DNA of 63,988 nucleotides, the filler included, from Reticulomyxa filosa (taxonomy: Eukaryota > Protista > Foraminifera), in NCBI GenBank assembly GCA_000512085.1. It is 22 parts of 22 records of this genome, joined end to end, with 100 filler letters (N's around TTAATTAATTAA, not from the genome) between each part and the next. Parts side by side here need not be neighbours in the genome. Positions count along the whole stretch, not along the records: positions 17,873 to 28,693 come from ASPP01008019.1; positions 28,794 to 31,178 come from ASPP01025254.1; positions 31,279 to 33,516 come from ASPP01010658.1; positions 33,617 to 35,588 come from ASPP01015583.1; positions 35,689 to 37,223 come from ASPP01028902.1; positions 37,324 to 38,323 come from ASPP01041662.1; 16 more parts are not named here. One strand, 5' to 3'. Numbering within the stretch: the stretch's first letter is position 1; each line of letters begins with the position of its first letter. A program made the translations under genes and the position numbers. Positions 25,269 to 38,423 of the stretch are shown piece by piece. The notes beneath the pieces are model-generated. The model had not been told where the DNA came from and made no database searches. It was given only the letters and a program-made list of their open reading frames with translations.

Positions 25269-28200
25269 TCCAAACAAACCAAGGAAAAGAGATTTATTCA
25301 AAAATACGATAAAATAAAATATCAAGCAAGTTATCACCGAGATTGTAGTGATAGGCTCCAAAAAAAGCAGGGGGCGAGAGGAAAACTTAGAACAAAACTG
25401 TAACACTAAACACTTGGCTAAAAAAAATTTATGAGTGACGCAGTCGACGTGAATGTAAAAAGTATTCTTACTAACAACGGAATGAGTTCATTAATAGACT
25501 GTTCGTTTGCTACTCAAAAAGAATAATATCTGAAATAAATGAAAATACAAAACATGAACGTTAAAAAAATCAAAAGTTTTATTTTATTATTTATGGATTG
25601 AATAATTTTGTTCACATGCTTTGAAAATCGCAACTCCTATTGAATCTTTGAAGTCTTAAAAAATTGAGATTTTTCACATTTTCTGCTTTAATGCGTTACA
25701 TTCTGATTGGTTTAGAATTTTCTTCGAGCCTTCAAATTGATCTTTGAATATTTTTACCAGCTTAGTACTGTTGGCATACATGTAGTCTTGCCAAAAATAG
25801 TTCATTGATATTTGAATAGTCTTTATTGTTTATTTCACGCTTTCTTCAGTCTGTTTAGTAAATGAGTTCAGTTTTGATGCAGGAATAGATATATTGCATT
25901 GTTGCTTAACCTTTTTTAGTTAATTGTTGTTCTTGATCAGTTTAATTTTGAACTTGATTATCAATACGTGACTAAATCCAATAATCAACAATTTTATTTA
26001 TTTCTTAAGTGGCTTTTTCAGCTCACATAATAAATATTCATTGATCTATAATATTCTTTGATATCGTGAACATCATTTGTTAATTCTACTTCAATATATC
26101 CAATGTTTTCGATTGAACTAACTCCACTTACAACTTATATTCTGGATCAGCAACAAAGCATCAGGTGTCTTTCACCTAATAATAATTGATCAAACTATCG
26201 TTAATACAATTTTGCAAAAAAGTTGAATTTTGAAGGTAATTGAAGACAAAACAACTAGATGCTGTAACACCTAGCAATATATAAAAGAATTTTGAGCAAA
26301 ATCTTCAATGATTTACAACAATCTTTGTCACAACAACATTTGTGGTGAAGCAGCAACAAAGACAATCGCAATTCAATTTTAAAATAATTTTTCTTAAATG
26401 ACGATAAATGTTTAAATTTATTTTTTGTTTGATTTGTTTTGATTTGTTAAAAGAAGTGAATTTAATCTCAATATTTTCTAATCTTCAACAATTCAAAAAC
26501 AATATAAAATAACAAGAAGAGATAAAGCTGCATCATAAGTGTATTCGATGGAGTAAGAAGTTCACAAATCACAGTTTAGCAATTGCATGTCAATTATGGA
26601 GAAACAATCACATATTGAAGCGATGTAAAATAAATTGGATATGAAATTATCCACAATGTCAGTGCATGAAAAAAAATAATTTCAACCTATTTATCATTGA
26701 TATTAACTTTTGTCAAAAAATTTGTGTTTTGAAGGAGAAAACGTTTGAAGTTGTAAGATCATTCGTAATCTAAGTGGTTTGAAAAAAATTTTGAAATTAA
26801 GATTTCGGTCGTCAAGAGAATTAGCGACATCGAGAAAATTCAAGAAAATGCAAGAAAGATTTAAAAAAAAAACTTTTACTACTTGAAAAAATTTTTTTTT
26901 AGAGTGATATAAAGTTTTTTATAGTAGTTAGATTTTATAATATTGTTAGTGGAGTGTGATTTCTTCACTTTATTACTGTTTTTTGCAACATTTTTTGTTG
27001 CAATTCATTTTCGGGGGGTGTCGTCGGTTCAGCATCTAGTGTGGTGCGACTGTGAAAGGTGAAAGTGCTTGTTTGAACTTCATGACTATATTGGCATCAG
27101 TTGCTTTAAGAGTAATAATGTGAAAACTCCTGGAAATTGTGATAGTGGCCCTTTTACTGGAAACGAAAGGCATTGCTTGCATCAAGAGTGTTAGATAAAT
27201 TTGAAAAATTGGCAATATCGAGGCAAATAATCTGGTTTTTCCTGTTTGGCAGAACTACGACAAATGATTTTGCGTTCATTAAATGTCAATGAATGAAATG
27301 CAATTTTCTCAAATACTTGTGCTTCAATCACATTAGATAGGAAATATAGTGACATTGTATGTCTTGAAATATTAATACTATCGCAAATCCAATGTTTGCT
27401 CCATTGCTATGTAAAGAAGTGATTCAATCCATGATTATTCAGGAACGCTGCTGATATGTTGTTGAATTAAGAATAGTCACTCTTCCACAATGGAATCTGT
27501 AATGATTATCACATATTCTAATGCAACTATTATTGCTTCGGTATATGATCTCAGATGATAAGTCCTTCAACTCCAATTCCAGAATTTGGGAATGTACTTC
27601 TATCACAAAATACAATGCAATCAAACAAAATTTCATCTGATGTTGAAGATCGCAAATGATTTATTTGATTGTGACATTATTGCAATTTGCATCGGTAGAA
27701 CATTTGGGATTAGATGTGAATCTGGTTCAACTCCAAAGAAAAAATACTTCAACCTTTTATTGACTTTTGTTCTGTTTTAAGCTGTAGCAGTTTTGTTGTT
27801 TGCGGTGGTAATTAGAATTGTGGATTGGGTTTCTTGTAAGTTGAATGATATTTACTCTTCTTGCATCTGACATCACTATATGCTGTTTCGAAGAGTCTGA
27901 GCGAGGTCCCAAAGGATCATTGGACACCTAAAACCCACAGAGGTGAGACAAAGGTCATCAACCGAGTGATGATTAGAATAAATTGAAACTTTTTTACAAT
28001 GAGATAATGATACAACTTTGATCTCTATTCAAACAATTTTAAATAGCTGCAAAGCTGAAGCTGGAATGTTGTTTATTGGTATTCAAGTGTGAGTAAGGTG
28101 CTTGTTTTGCAATATTTTCTTTCTGTGAATTCAACAGTCAATTGAATCTTTGGGAATTTCATCTTATTCTGATGTCGAATGTGATGCCAAAAAAAAATAA

Positions 28201-28299
28201 AAAAATAAAATCAAAGCCCACTATCCAATCGTCAAAGACCAATTCAAATAAGTGGTCAAGTGAGATTTTGTGATTATAATTTCTAGTATCTTTATGTTC

Positions 28300-28693
28300 A
28301 TCACTGGAGTGAGACATGAAGATCTGGAGTGTTATGTCGAAGAGATTTGCATTCGTTATTACGATCATTCAATAACATGACTGATACATCCAATGTATTT
28401 GGTTATAAATCGTGTTGGGTGGAAATCTCATATCTTGATCAAAAGAAACCATTATTATTCTGCAGTTTCTATCGAAATATGCAGTGTAATCACTTCAATA
28501 TTCAAGCATTTGAACAAGAATTACAATCTGCTATGAAAATGACTATTGGAGGAGATTGGAATGCTCATCACTATGCATGGCTGGACCATAACATCGATGA
28601 TGTGGGTGAATATGTTCTTAATTTCATTGTATCCAATGGATTACATTGACATTTGACTGTACATTCATGAAAGACAATGCGACATCAAGTATT
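28300..28693 (+). mobile_element. Non-LTR retrotransposon (LINE) APE-endonuclease remnant
   Basis: SCWVEI...LFCSFYR...IGGDWNAHHxxW...GEYVLNFIVSNGL, then TFMKDNATSSI. Contains stops and frameshifts. Confidence 0.75.
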
Positions 28694-28793
28694 NNNNNNN
28701 NNNNNNNNNNNNNNNNNNNNNNNNNNNNNNNNNNNNNTTAATTAATTAANNNNNNNNNNNNNNNNNNNNNNNNNNNNNNNNNNNNNNNNNNNN

Positions 28794-28803
28794 TAATAAT
28801 AAC

Positions 28804-28838
<35 letters not shown>

Positions 28839-29358
28839 TGATAATAACAATAATAATAACAATAATAATGATAAAAATAGTAACAAGACCCGTATACTAG
28901 TCGCTGCATCTATCGATATTACGGTTCCACCTTCTGAGAATCGTTCAAAAAATGCTTCGACGACAACTGCGGAATATATTCAAAAACAAAAATTGAAGGA
29001 ATTCCGAAAGATGTCGCAATATTATAAACTGTCGATTAAGGTCACTGTGCTCACCTTTGTTATGGTTTTTTCGACGTGCATTGCCTTAGGCTTGTATTCC
29101 CTTTTCGTTTGGACAATCGGCTTGGTGATTGATATCGTCATCAACGCCTTTTGTCTCTTGCTGACGTTCAAAAATTATAATTTTTTGTATCACTATTTTT
29201 GCAAATGCTTTGATGTATGCTTTGGGGTATGTACGGATATTTGGATTAGTACACGCGTCGCCCACTCCAATGATCAAATTCAAATGGTCGCAACGATCAA
29301 TGAAGAACAGCACGAATACACAATGGACGATATTACTTCTGCAGAACCTGACGCTTAA
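28794..29358 (+). CDS. C-terminal part of a multi-pass (7TM/GPCR-like) membrane protein
   Basis: Poly-Asn loop, two hydrophobic helices (VTVLTFVMVFSTCIALGLY; IGLVIDIVINAFCLLLTF), then a Cys-rich juxtamembrane tail and a stop. Confidence 0.5.
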
Positions 29359-29910
29359 TTTTTTGTTGTTGCTATTGTTTTCATTTGCTTGCTTCAATTT
29401 GATGTGTAGATTTAAGAATTTTCTTGTTTTCGTCTTTTTTTTTTTAAAAAAAAATAAAATATGTTGTTTGGTGTCCATTTTTTTTTTCATAACAGCTAAC
29501 CTTCTAAGTAATAATTTGATTAAAGAGAAGAAGGAGAAAAATAAATAATACTCCTTCTTTTTCTTTGAAGAATGACCGCTTGTCTTCTGTTCAGAATTTA
29601 TTGTGTCTGGATTGTTTTTTTTTTAGCTTTCTTTGCTTTTGATTTGGCATTTTTTTAATAATATTCTTGCCATTATTTGACATTTTTTTGTTGCGTCTGT
29701 TGGAATGTTCTTCGTGAATATTGTAGGATTGGCAAGTATGCACACACCATCCGGTTTTTAATATGCAAAAATAAAATAATGGCGGCAAAGTAAAACATGT
29801 AATTACTTTGTCAGCAATAAACTTGAAACACAGATAATTTGTTGTTCCGTACGATTAAGAGAACGTGCCAAGGCTCCCGTATGCTTTGAAAAAAAAAACT
29901 AGACATTATC

Positions 29911-31040
29911 ATGTCGACACAATGCAAAGATCTCGAAGAGACAACAATCTGTCGTGAGTTATTTAATGGTTGGATGTTTTTCAAAACAGACAAAGAAGGC
30001 TATGGATGGCAAGGTGTGATATTGTCGGCAGTGTCAGCAACAATATGCGGAGGGCTCTACATGTGGTTGCGCAAACGGAAAGTTCTAATGACAACAGGAA
30101 ATGTTGATCAAGCAAACGAAATGTTTCTGCACATATATGGAAAAGTGATTCGAGTCTATCTAATCCTCGTCTTAGTCAGTGGTCTAGTCTACACATTATT
30201 TGCACTTTGCTTGGCATTACAATCGGTCCGACTGCCTTTATCATTCCTAGGGGGTTTACTATTCACCATTCCATCCACACAAATGGTTTTTATTTTGTCA
30301 TTATTTACGAAAAATACGATTTCGGACCGAGGTCTTTGCAAAACAGAGAGAAAAAGAGACCCCCTTTTTTTTTTTTTTGTATTTCCCCCTCTTTAAAAAT
30401 ATACATGTGTATGTATATAGTTAAACATGTACAGACCGAAGATTGTGAAACACACATACACACATACATAGCATTTTGGCGTGCGACCCGTTATACAAGT
30501 GCATATGCACTCCTGTCCTATCCAGGACATGTGGTCGCAAACATGTGCACGTCGAAGGTACTATCGTCGGCTCTACAATTGACTTTGGATGGGATTGTAC
30601 TTATATTCGCTTGCTATCTGTGGTGTCGACAATGGGGCTACTTTTGGTCGCGAAAAGACATTATCATGAGATATCTGTCCATGGTTTTTATTATCCAATC
30701 CTTCCAATTCGTTGATGGTTAGACTAATGCAACGAGAGGAAGGGAGAATAATTTTGTTTCTTTGTTTGGCTTTTGAAAAAAACAACTCCGTTTTTTTTTT
30801 TTTTTTGTCATTTGTTTGCCTTGCTTTTTTGAAAAGACGCATATTTGGCAATAAACATGGACGCATCGTGTATGGGCATGATGGGACGATATCTATGGTT
30901 TATCGTTTATCCATTTGTATTTTTTTGGACGGTCAAAGCAGACAGTGATTACTGGTGGTTCGGTGCAACTGAGCCCATTTTGAGTTCCACACAAGCGACA
31001 TTAGCTAAAATGCCTTTGTTCAAATTACCTGGATTCGGTT
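29911..31040 (+). CDS. Multi-pass (about 7TM) membrane protein, 3' truncated
   Basis: Exons within ORFs 29911-30396, 30207-30722 and 30845-31066 carry successive hydrophobic helices ending in YPFVFFWTVKADSDYW. This resembles the sensor part of protist 7TM kinases, but no kinase domain is visible. Confidence 0.5.
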
Positions 31041-31278
31041 ACTTTTTTTTTTTTTTTTCCAAATAAAGAGCAATTTTGTAATATACACAAACAATCTCTG
31101 TTCTTCTTTTGCTGTTTGTAAAAATTACAATATCCATGCACATATATACATATATACATATATACATATATACATATANNNNNNNNNNNNNNNNNNNNNN
31201 NNNNNNNNNNNNNNNNNNNNNNTTAATTAATTAANNNNNNNNNNNNNNNNNNNNNNNNNNNNNNNNNNNNNNNNNNNN

Positions 31279-32181
31279 ACTTCTCCATGAGGATGTGCTC
31301 CAAATACAAAGACCACCGGGGAATTGTGTTTAATCTTTGGCATATTGGGCAAAGTTTTGGGGTTGGAAGTTTCACCTTCGTGGGTTGCTTTTTTATCGGC
31401 TTTGGAGTACGAACACAAGCCGTCGACAAATTGATAAATGTCTACCAAGTCTCCTTTGACTGAAGTGCCAAACACTGGCGCTCCTGGTGGCAAGTGCTTT
31501 TCAATGGGATGTTTCACACATTTTAACAACTTTGTGTTGTGGTTCAATGCTCGGATCCTCTTTTGAAACAACAGCTGCACCATCAATCCCGCAAATCGAT
31601 TGTACGTACGAGGAATTCGTAGTTTTGGGTTCACGTCAATCAATACATTGTTTTGAGTATGAATCATCACTTTTAGTAATCCCGCTTTATTCAATGGGCT
31701 ATCTAATAATGTCATCAATGCCTTATTTATTTTAATTTTTTTATTTATTTATTTTATCATTTCAGTTTATCCTCTATCCGAAAAATCGCAATGCTTTTTT
31801 TTTTTTACAAAAAAAAAAAAGGGTCATAAAATAAAAAAAAAAAAAAAAGGAACAATAAAATTACTTGGTGAAGAATATCAGGTCGATACATAGACGCATC
31901 TTTGTTGTGCTTTAACAACAATGCAGAGTGCTCTTCTGCATTTAACAGCTGATATCCACGCTTCGTTTTTGCTGTTTCCAATGACGCCAATTCCAACACT
32001 ACAAACAAACGTCGACCTTTGAACCATTCCTAACAAAACACCAAACTGAGAAATATTTGCGGAAAATTATATATATAACCACGTATGAAAATGATACCTC
32101 TTTGGTCTCTGGAATTCGTGGTCCAATTGGCTTTTTAGAAGGAGGTCGTTGTGAACCTGCACTGATCACATGTTCGGCCAT
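31279..32181 (-). CDS. EMG1: 18S rRNA pseudouridine N1-methyltransferase NEP1/EMG1 (3' truncated)
   Basis: VVLELASLE, YQLLN, RPDILHQ, LLDSPLNKAGLL, RIPRTYNRFAGLMVQLL and VFVFGAHPHG across three exons. Confidence 0.95.
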
Positions 32182-32664
32182 GATGAAAGGATCTTTTTTT
32201 TTTTTTTCCTATCAAGGGACACAGAACGAGTGCTAAAATTAAAAGTATGTAAAGGTAATCAACCCGGTTTTATTGAACAATTTTTTTGTAAAATGTAATA
32301 GACAATGTATTTTTTAAACCTGAAATCTGTCTCTTTGTGCATATGTGCAATACTGTGATAGACAATCCGACTAATTAAAAGAATTATGAATTGTCAAGTA
32401 CTGAAGATGCAAATGTATTAAAAAAAGTGCTAGCGATTTATCGGCACATGAAAGAGGGGAGGAGTGCGTTGTTTTGGTTTGTAGCAGATTGTAGAAAGAG
32501 CATAATTTGTTTGTAAGTGAGCTTTTTTTAAAAAGAGAAAAGGGGAATGATAGCTTAAAAAATTAAAAATAAAAGTGGACTGAAACGTCCATGCTATTGT
32601 CGTTTGTTGTATGTATTGTTTTCAGCGTTGTCAAAAAAAAAAAAAAAAAAACCTCAAACGAGTT

Positions 32665-33111
32665 TTAGTTAGACTTATTATTTTCGTTTTCGTCAGCAGT
32701 TGTGCCAAAGGAAGGATGTTTGCGTCGAAAGTCATGAACAGGATCAAAGTAGGAATGTTTCATAGCCTCTCGAGGCGACAATCGTTCTTGATGGTCATAT
32801 CGCAACAAACGATCCGTCAAGTCTAAGGCTTCACTTGAAATGTACTTTTTGTTATCTTCATTTACAAACTTGGTGAATTCTTGTTTGGGGTATCTATTTT
32901 ATTTATTTATTTATTTGTTTGTTTGTTTGTTTATTTATTTTTAAAATTAAATTAGCAAAAGAGTAAATGTGTATATAGATAGTATTTTAGTTTAACAATT
33001 GAATCATTCTCGCCAAATTTTTTTCCAACGTAATCTCATATTTTCTAATCCAAAAAAAAAAAAAAAAAAAGTGTATTTTGTTATATGAAGATACAAAATA
33101 AAAAGGGGGGG

Positions 33112-33153
<42 letters not shown>

Positions 33154-33462
33154 GATAAGCGTGGAATTCTTTAGTCCCCAAAACTTGGCAAATTTTGACC
33201 ATTTGATGATCGTTATCTCTCCCTTTGAAGAAAGGCTCTTTTTTGAAAATGATTGACGCAAACATGCAACCCAGCGACCACATATCGAGTGAGTAGTCAT
33301 ACAAACGAAAGTTGACAAGAAGCTCCGGGCCTTTGAAGTATCTTGATGCTACGCGGACATTGTATTCTTTGGCGGGATGATAAAACTCGGCCAATCCCCA
33401 ATCAATCAATCGCAATTTCCGGTTTACGTGGTCAATCATTATATTATGTGGTTTCACATCTC
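32665..33462 (-). CDS. CSNK2A: Casein kinase II catalytic subunit alpha, C-terminal half
   Basis: [42 protein letters not shown] and [12 protein letters not shown]. The last exon reads [21 protein letters not shown], with the stop at 32665-32667. Confidence 0.96.
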
Positions 33463-33639
33463 TATATAATAAAACATTTTTTTTTTTTTAATGCCCCCTT
33501 TTTTTTTTTTTCTCCCNNNNNNNNNNNNNNNNNNNNNNNNNNNNNNNNNNNNNNNNNNNNTTAATTAATTAANNNNNNNNNNNNNNNNNNNNNNNNNNNN
33601 NNNNNNNNNNNNNNNNTTTTTTTTTAAATCAATTGAATA

Positions 33640-34204
33640 CTGAATTAACTTTTGGAATTTTCTTGGTCTTTCAAATCGTCTTGTTGTAACATGCTTAAAA
33701 GTCCACTCTTTGCAAAAAGGGATTAAAAAAAAATTACTTGGTTTCTAATAAATAAAAAAAAAAAGGGGGGGAGGGTGAGTTGCAAAAAGGAAAAAAAAGT
33801 GAACTTGTTGAGATTCCTTTCGAAGATCTCTCTGCAATACTATGGAACTTCTTTCAAATTCGTCAACGACTCTCTTCACGACGTTGGCCAACAACACTGG
33901 TCCTTGTGTCCAATTCACGCCGATTTTTTCGTATCGTACCTCGACTGTTTGTGGATTAACCAATGGGTGATTGTTGAATTCATCGGGGTTAACTGACATC
34001 TTTGGTGGTTCTTCTGGGAAGCTCGCTGGCAGCTCACTATTGTTTTTTTTTTGGATTGTAACAGCATCATCAATCCAATCCTTTTTATTACAACATACAA
34101 AGTCTCCCTTCTCATTTTTAAATAAAAAAACACAATACATTTTCAGTTGTGATTTGCCACCACCGTTTTCCATGTCCACTTTGAATTGGGATGCATCTTT
34201 TCCA
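33640..34204 (-). CDS. VPS37A/ESCRT-I-like UEV-domain gene fragment, 5' part replaced by WD40 sequence
   Basis: Splicing at aaaat|gtattg...caatag|tgag gives SQFKVDMENGGGKSQLKIELPASFPEEPPKMSVNP...HPLVN...LANVVKRVVDEF, which resembles the VPS37A UEV-like domain. Confidence 0.55.
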
Positions 34205-35277
34205 ACTTTTCGTTCATCATCTAAATTGCTTAGTACATTCACTGGGCATACTAGTATTGTGAGGAGTATTGATCATCTCACATTTGAATGTGCTAGATTC
34301 ATTTGTTCCCGATCAAATGATATGACAGTTCGTGTATGGGATATTGAGAATAACAAACAAACTCACTCTTTCAAAGGAAATGAAGCGTATGTGTTTTGTG
34401 TAAAATTTTTGCCATATCATTATTATAATCATCACCGTAACATCATTTGTTTTTCATCATATCACAAAACAATTCGTTTTTGGGATTTCAAAGAGAGTCA
34501 ACAATTAAATGTGTTCATTGAACATAAAAGTACTATTTATGACATTGAATTCTCACCATTTAATAGTGGTCGATATTTGTGTTTTGGATCATATGATAAC
34601 ACAATACGTTTGCGGGATGTTGAAACATCCGAAGTTTTACATGCTTTTAATGGGGAACACAGTATTTGTTGTATAGAATTTTCACCATTGCAAGGTAATA
34701 ACAATAAAAGCAATAGCATTGGTGTGATTGGTGGTAATGGTTATACTATTTGTTCTGGATCAAATGATTATACTATTAATATATGGGATATTGAAACGAC
34801 TAAACAATTAATTGTATTTAAAGGACATAAAGATGCAGTAAAGGGTGTAAAATATGGATCAAACGAATTAGGAATTAATGGTGGTGAAAATACGATATTA
34901 TCTGGATCATGGGATGAAACTGTTCGTCTGTGGGATACTCGATCTGATCAACAAATTCAAGTATTCAATGGACATTTACAAGTTATGTAAATGCTGTTGA
35001 ATATTCACCATTTGCAATAAATAATATCGAAATTGGTGGTAATTCAAATGTGACGTGTTCTGGATCATCGGATAATACAATTCGTTTTTGGGATATTCGA
35101 TCAAATAAAACTGAATTACATATTCTTAAAGGAGATAATAAAGATCGTGGAATATATTGTCTTAAATTCCTACACTTAAAAAAGAAAGAAGAGAAAAACA
35201 AAAACAATAGTGGCAGTGATTATAATGTCAATCTGTGCTATGGCACGTGAAAAGGTTATATTCACATTTGGAGAGAG
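34205..35277 (+). pseudogene. WD40-family paralog, frameshifted and 5'-truncated
   Basis: TFRSSSKLLSTFTGHT followed by WD repeats. A 2-nt insertion at about 34976 disrupts GHTSYVNAVEYSP, and there is a premature TGA at about 35248. Confidence 0.8.
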
Positions 35278-36129
35278 TATTGTTTTTTAACATAAAAAAA
35301 TTTGTTGAATGCTGATTCTTTTTGATTGAGGTAAGTTTTTCCACAACAAATCAACCAATGCAATCTACTCTAATCTCTCCCATGATTGAATTTAGTTTAA
35401 CTATTTCAATCCAAAAAAAAAAATCGAAACATAATAGCTTGTGGTTTAAGAGTGGCCACCATAAGGAGTGGAATTCATCCAAACCACCAGCAACAAAAAA
35501 TGTACCTTTTCGAACACAAGTAACAATTCTTGTCATGCGGTTGAGTATAATACATTTTGCTTTTTTTTATAAATTAAAAATTAACAAANNNNNNNNNNNN
35601 NNNNNNNNNNNNNNNNNNNNNNNNNNNNNNNNTTAATTAATTAANNNNNNNNNNNNNNNNNNNNNNNNNNNNNNNNNNNNNNNNNNNNAAAAAACAACAT
35701 TTAATCAAAATTTTTTAAAAATATCTACGAATTGTGTAGTTTTTAAATATCATTTTGGTTTTTTATTAAGTCTTTACAATTTTTTCAAAAATTTTAATCT
35801 TTCATTTGATTTGGTAAAATTTCTTAAAAAAAGTTGACAATCGTGTTTTTCTCGTAGTCATGAAATTTGCCAATCTTTTTTTTAACAATTTTTAAGATTT
35901 TCGATCAGCTGTCTTCCTTTTTTTTAGATAATGATTGTTTAATTGTGCAGAAGATGAATACAAATAGACCATGCAAAGAAAATCATCTGCAAAAAAACGA
36001 TATTCGTTATTCTTTCAAATCAAAAGAAGCTTTGTCCATTGTGCAAATATTCGCTGATGTCCGAACACTTTATTTCAAAAAAGCAACGATACCAAATAAC
36101 AAATAAAGTTTTTGAGGAGATGACTTATA

Positions 36130-36292
36130 CAGTAGATTGCAAAAAAAACTGCCATACCTAAATGGCACTATATGAAGAGAATTGATTTTCTCCATGAAAA
36201 ATAAACATTTAGACCTAATTATTTTTCATGGAGAAAATCAATTATCATCATAAGATATCATTTTAGGGTTCAGTTTTCTTTGCAACCTACTG
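36130..36292. mobile_element. Tc1/mariner-type MITE (163 bp) with TA target-site duplication
   Basis: TA|CAGTAGATTGCAAA...AATTGATTTTCTCCATGAAAAATAA and TTATTTTTCATGGAGAAAATCAATT...TTGCAACCTACTG|TA form long imperfect terminal inverted repeats. Confidence 0.85.
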
Positions 36293-36409
36293 TACATTTA
36301 AATTTATTAAATTCAATTCTTTACCAACTTATAATTATGTCGAATATAATTGCTTTGTATCAAAGTCAGAAAATGTGCAAGGACAAGAAATGATGAAAAC
36401 AAATAAACG

Positions 36410-36720
36410 AAATAATGAAATGATGTTGTTTTTTTAAAAATACAGGATTAGCAATTGGATATGATGAAGATAATAACACTTTTCAATTTCATCAATTACC
36501 TATTTGTGATGATATTGCATCATTATTTAAATATGCATATGTGCGTGTCAATGATGCCATTTTGTTCTTTGGTGGATGTAATTCTAATAATTATGATGAT
36601 TCAAAATCAGTACACATATATTTAATTCGAGAAAACAAATAGATAACATTTCAAAAAGCTTTGCCCAGTCCATTGTTTGATTGTATTGCAATACTGAGAT
36701 TATGGGATATACATTCTGGA
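36410..36720 (+). pseudogene. Kelch-like family fragment
   Basis: EMMLFFKNTGLAIGYDEDNNTFQFHQLPICDDIASLFKYAYVRVNDAILFFGG, then decay with stops. Confidence 0.6.
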
Positions 36721-36769
36721 ATAGAAATGAATCAATTATTAGGGCATTCACAGATTTATTTTGATAGAA

Positions 36770-37223
36770 GTGAAATTGGACGGACAACAATTAGATGATG
36801 TTGAATTTTTCATGGATGGACTTGATGGCAAATATGAAAATATCGATGAAATATGTGCATTATCAATTGCAAAAATAGCATTGAACTTGAATAAGAGACA
36901 ATTGAATAAAGTGTTTGAATTTTTGATGACATTTGAATGAAGCTTTTAACCATTCAATGAATATATTCAATCATGGAAATAATAACAAAAATTTACGTAA
37001 AGAATGTGCAAAATTACTGGGACAATTGCAGTGAATCTAAATGGAAAACATTTCGATGAACTTTTAAATGTTTGATTGATGGATTTCAAAATATAAATGG
37101 ATATTATTGTGATACATCCATAGATTTACTTGAAGAAATTACAATGAAATTAAATGAAGCGCAAATCGATTCTCTTTTTACATATTTGACCAATAGACTC
37201 AAAGGTAACGATGAATGGGATAT
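36770..37223 (+). pseudogene. HEAT/PBS-lyase-like repeat fragment
   Basis: FFMDGLDGKY...ICALSIAKIALNLNKRQLNKVFEFL is homologous to 51089-51517. Interrupted by stops. Confidence 0.6.
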
Positions 37224-37852
37224 NNNNNNNNNNNNNNNNNNNNNNNNNNNNNNNNNNNNNNNNNNNNTTAATTAATTAANNNNNNNNNNNNNNNNNNNNN
37301 NNNNNNNNNNNNNNNNNNNNNNNAGATATTAATAAAAAATATTCTAATTGTAAATTTTTTTGTGTTTTTCCAAGTGTTTCTAAACACTATTTTCTAAGTA
37401 CATTCTAAAAAGTTTTTATCTTTCAACTTGTGGACTTTTGTTGTATATTGAAAAAACTAAGTAATACTTCTTAAAAAATTTCTGTATAATATTAAAAACT
37501 GTTTCCCAAAAAGTATGCTTATAACTAAAAAATTTTGGAGTAAAAAATTGTAGTAAAAAAAAGCTATATAAAAACGCTTCTAGGAAAAGAAAAAGAAAAT
37601 TCTTTATTGGGAAATTTCTTTAGTACTTTCTGAATTCTTAATTTTTAATAAGTTTTAATATTTTTCAATTAAATTTGTTTTAATTCATCAAAATAGATAT
37701 AATTTCACATTATCTGTATGATTTCTGTAACCTCAAGAATTTTCAGTCTTTTCAAAAAATAAAATAATATCTTTTTGAAAAATTTTTTAGTTCAATTCGT
37801 GTTTCATTACTTTTGCTTGTATTGTTGCAACTTCTTTTATTTGCCTGTGAGA

Positions 37853-38010
37853 ATGTCTTCTGTAAAGAAAGAAAATGCTTGTACTTGTAGTGTCTGTCTT
37901 GAGGACTTGGCAGAAGACAATATTGCTATGACTCCAGTGGGCATTTTTATCACACTTAATGTTTGCGAGTATCAGTATAACTACTGCTGCGAGATCTGTG
38001 ATGAATTCTG
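37853..38010 (+). pseudogene. RING-H2 finger gene remnant
   Basis: CSVCLEDL...TP, a 1-nt frameshift, then GHFYHT*CL. Confidence 0.6.
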
Positions 38011-38423
38011 AGCTTTTTTCCAGCGCAGCTGAATCAACTTTCAAAACTGTGAATTTGTTTAATGAATAGAAGAGAATTGAAGAAAATATTAAATTTGTTG
38101 TTTCTACTGTTAGTAAGACTTATGTTGATCCTAAACTAGAAGTAATTTTATTAAATCATAAACAGAATTAATGCAAAAAAAAATTTTTGAAAAGTTTTTT
38201 AGAACGTATAATGAAAAGGAAGATAAAAATAAAGAAAGCAAACTTAATTTGGGTAATCATGTTGCTGCATATCATACTGTGTATGAATATAAAAGAAATA
38301 TAAAAAGAAAAAGAGAACTGTAANNNNNNNNNNNNNNNNNNNNNNNNNNNNNNNNNNNNNNNNNNNNTTAATTAATTAANNNNNNNNNNNNNNNNNNNNN
38401 NNNNNNNNNNNNNNNNNNNNNNN

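Noticed and set aside
27885-27965. Possible hammerhead ribozyme upstream of the LINE remnant (CTGAGCGAG-GTCCC...CACCT/AGGTG hairpin...GAGACAAAG)
   Set aside because: The core has an extra base relative to CUGANGA and lacks GAAA, and stems I and III could not be identified. A covariance-model search would be needed.
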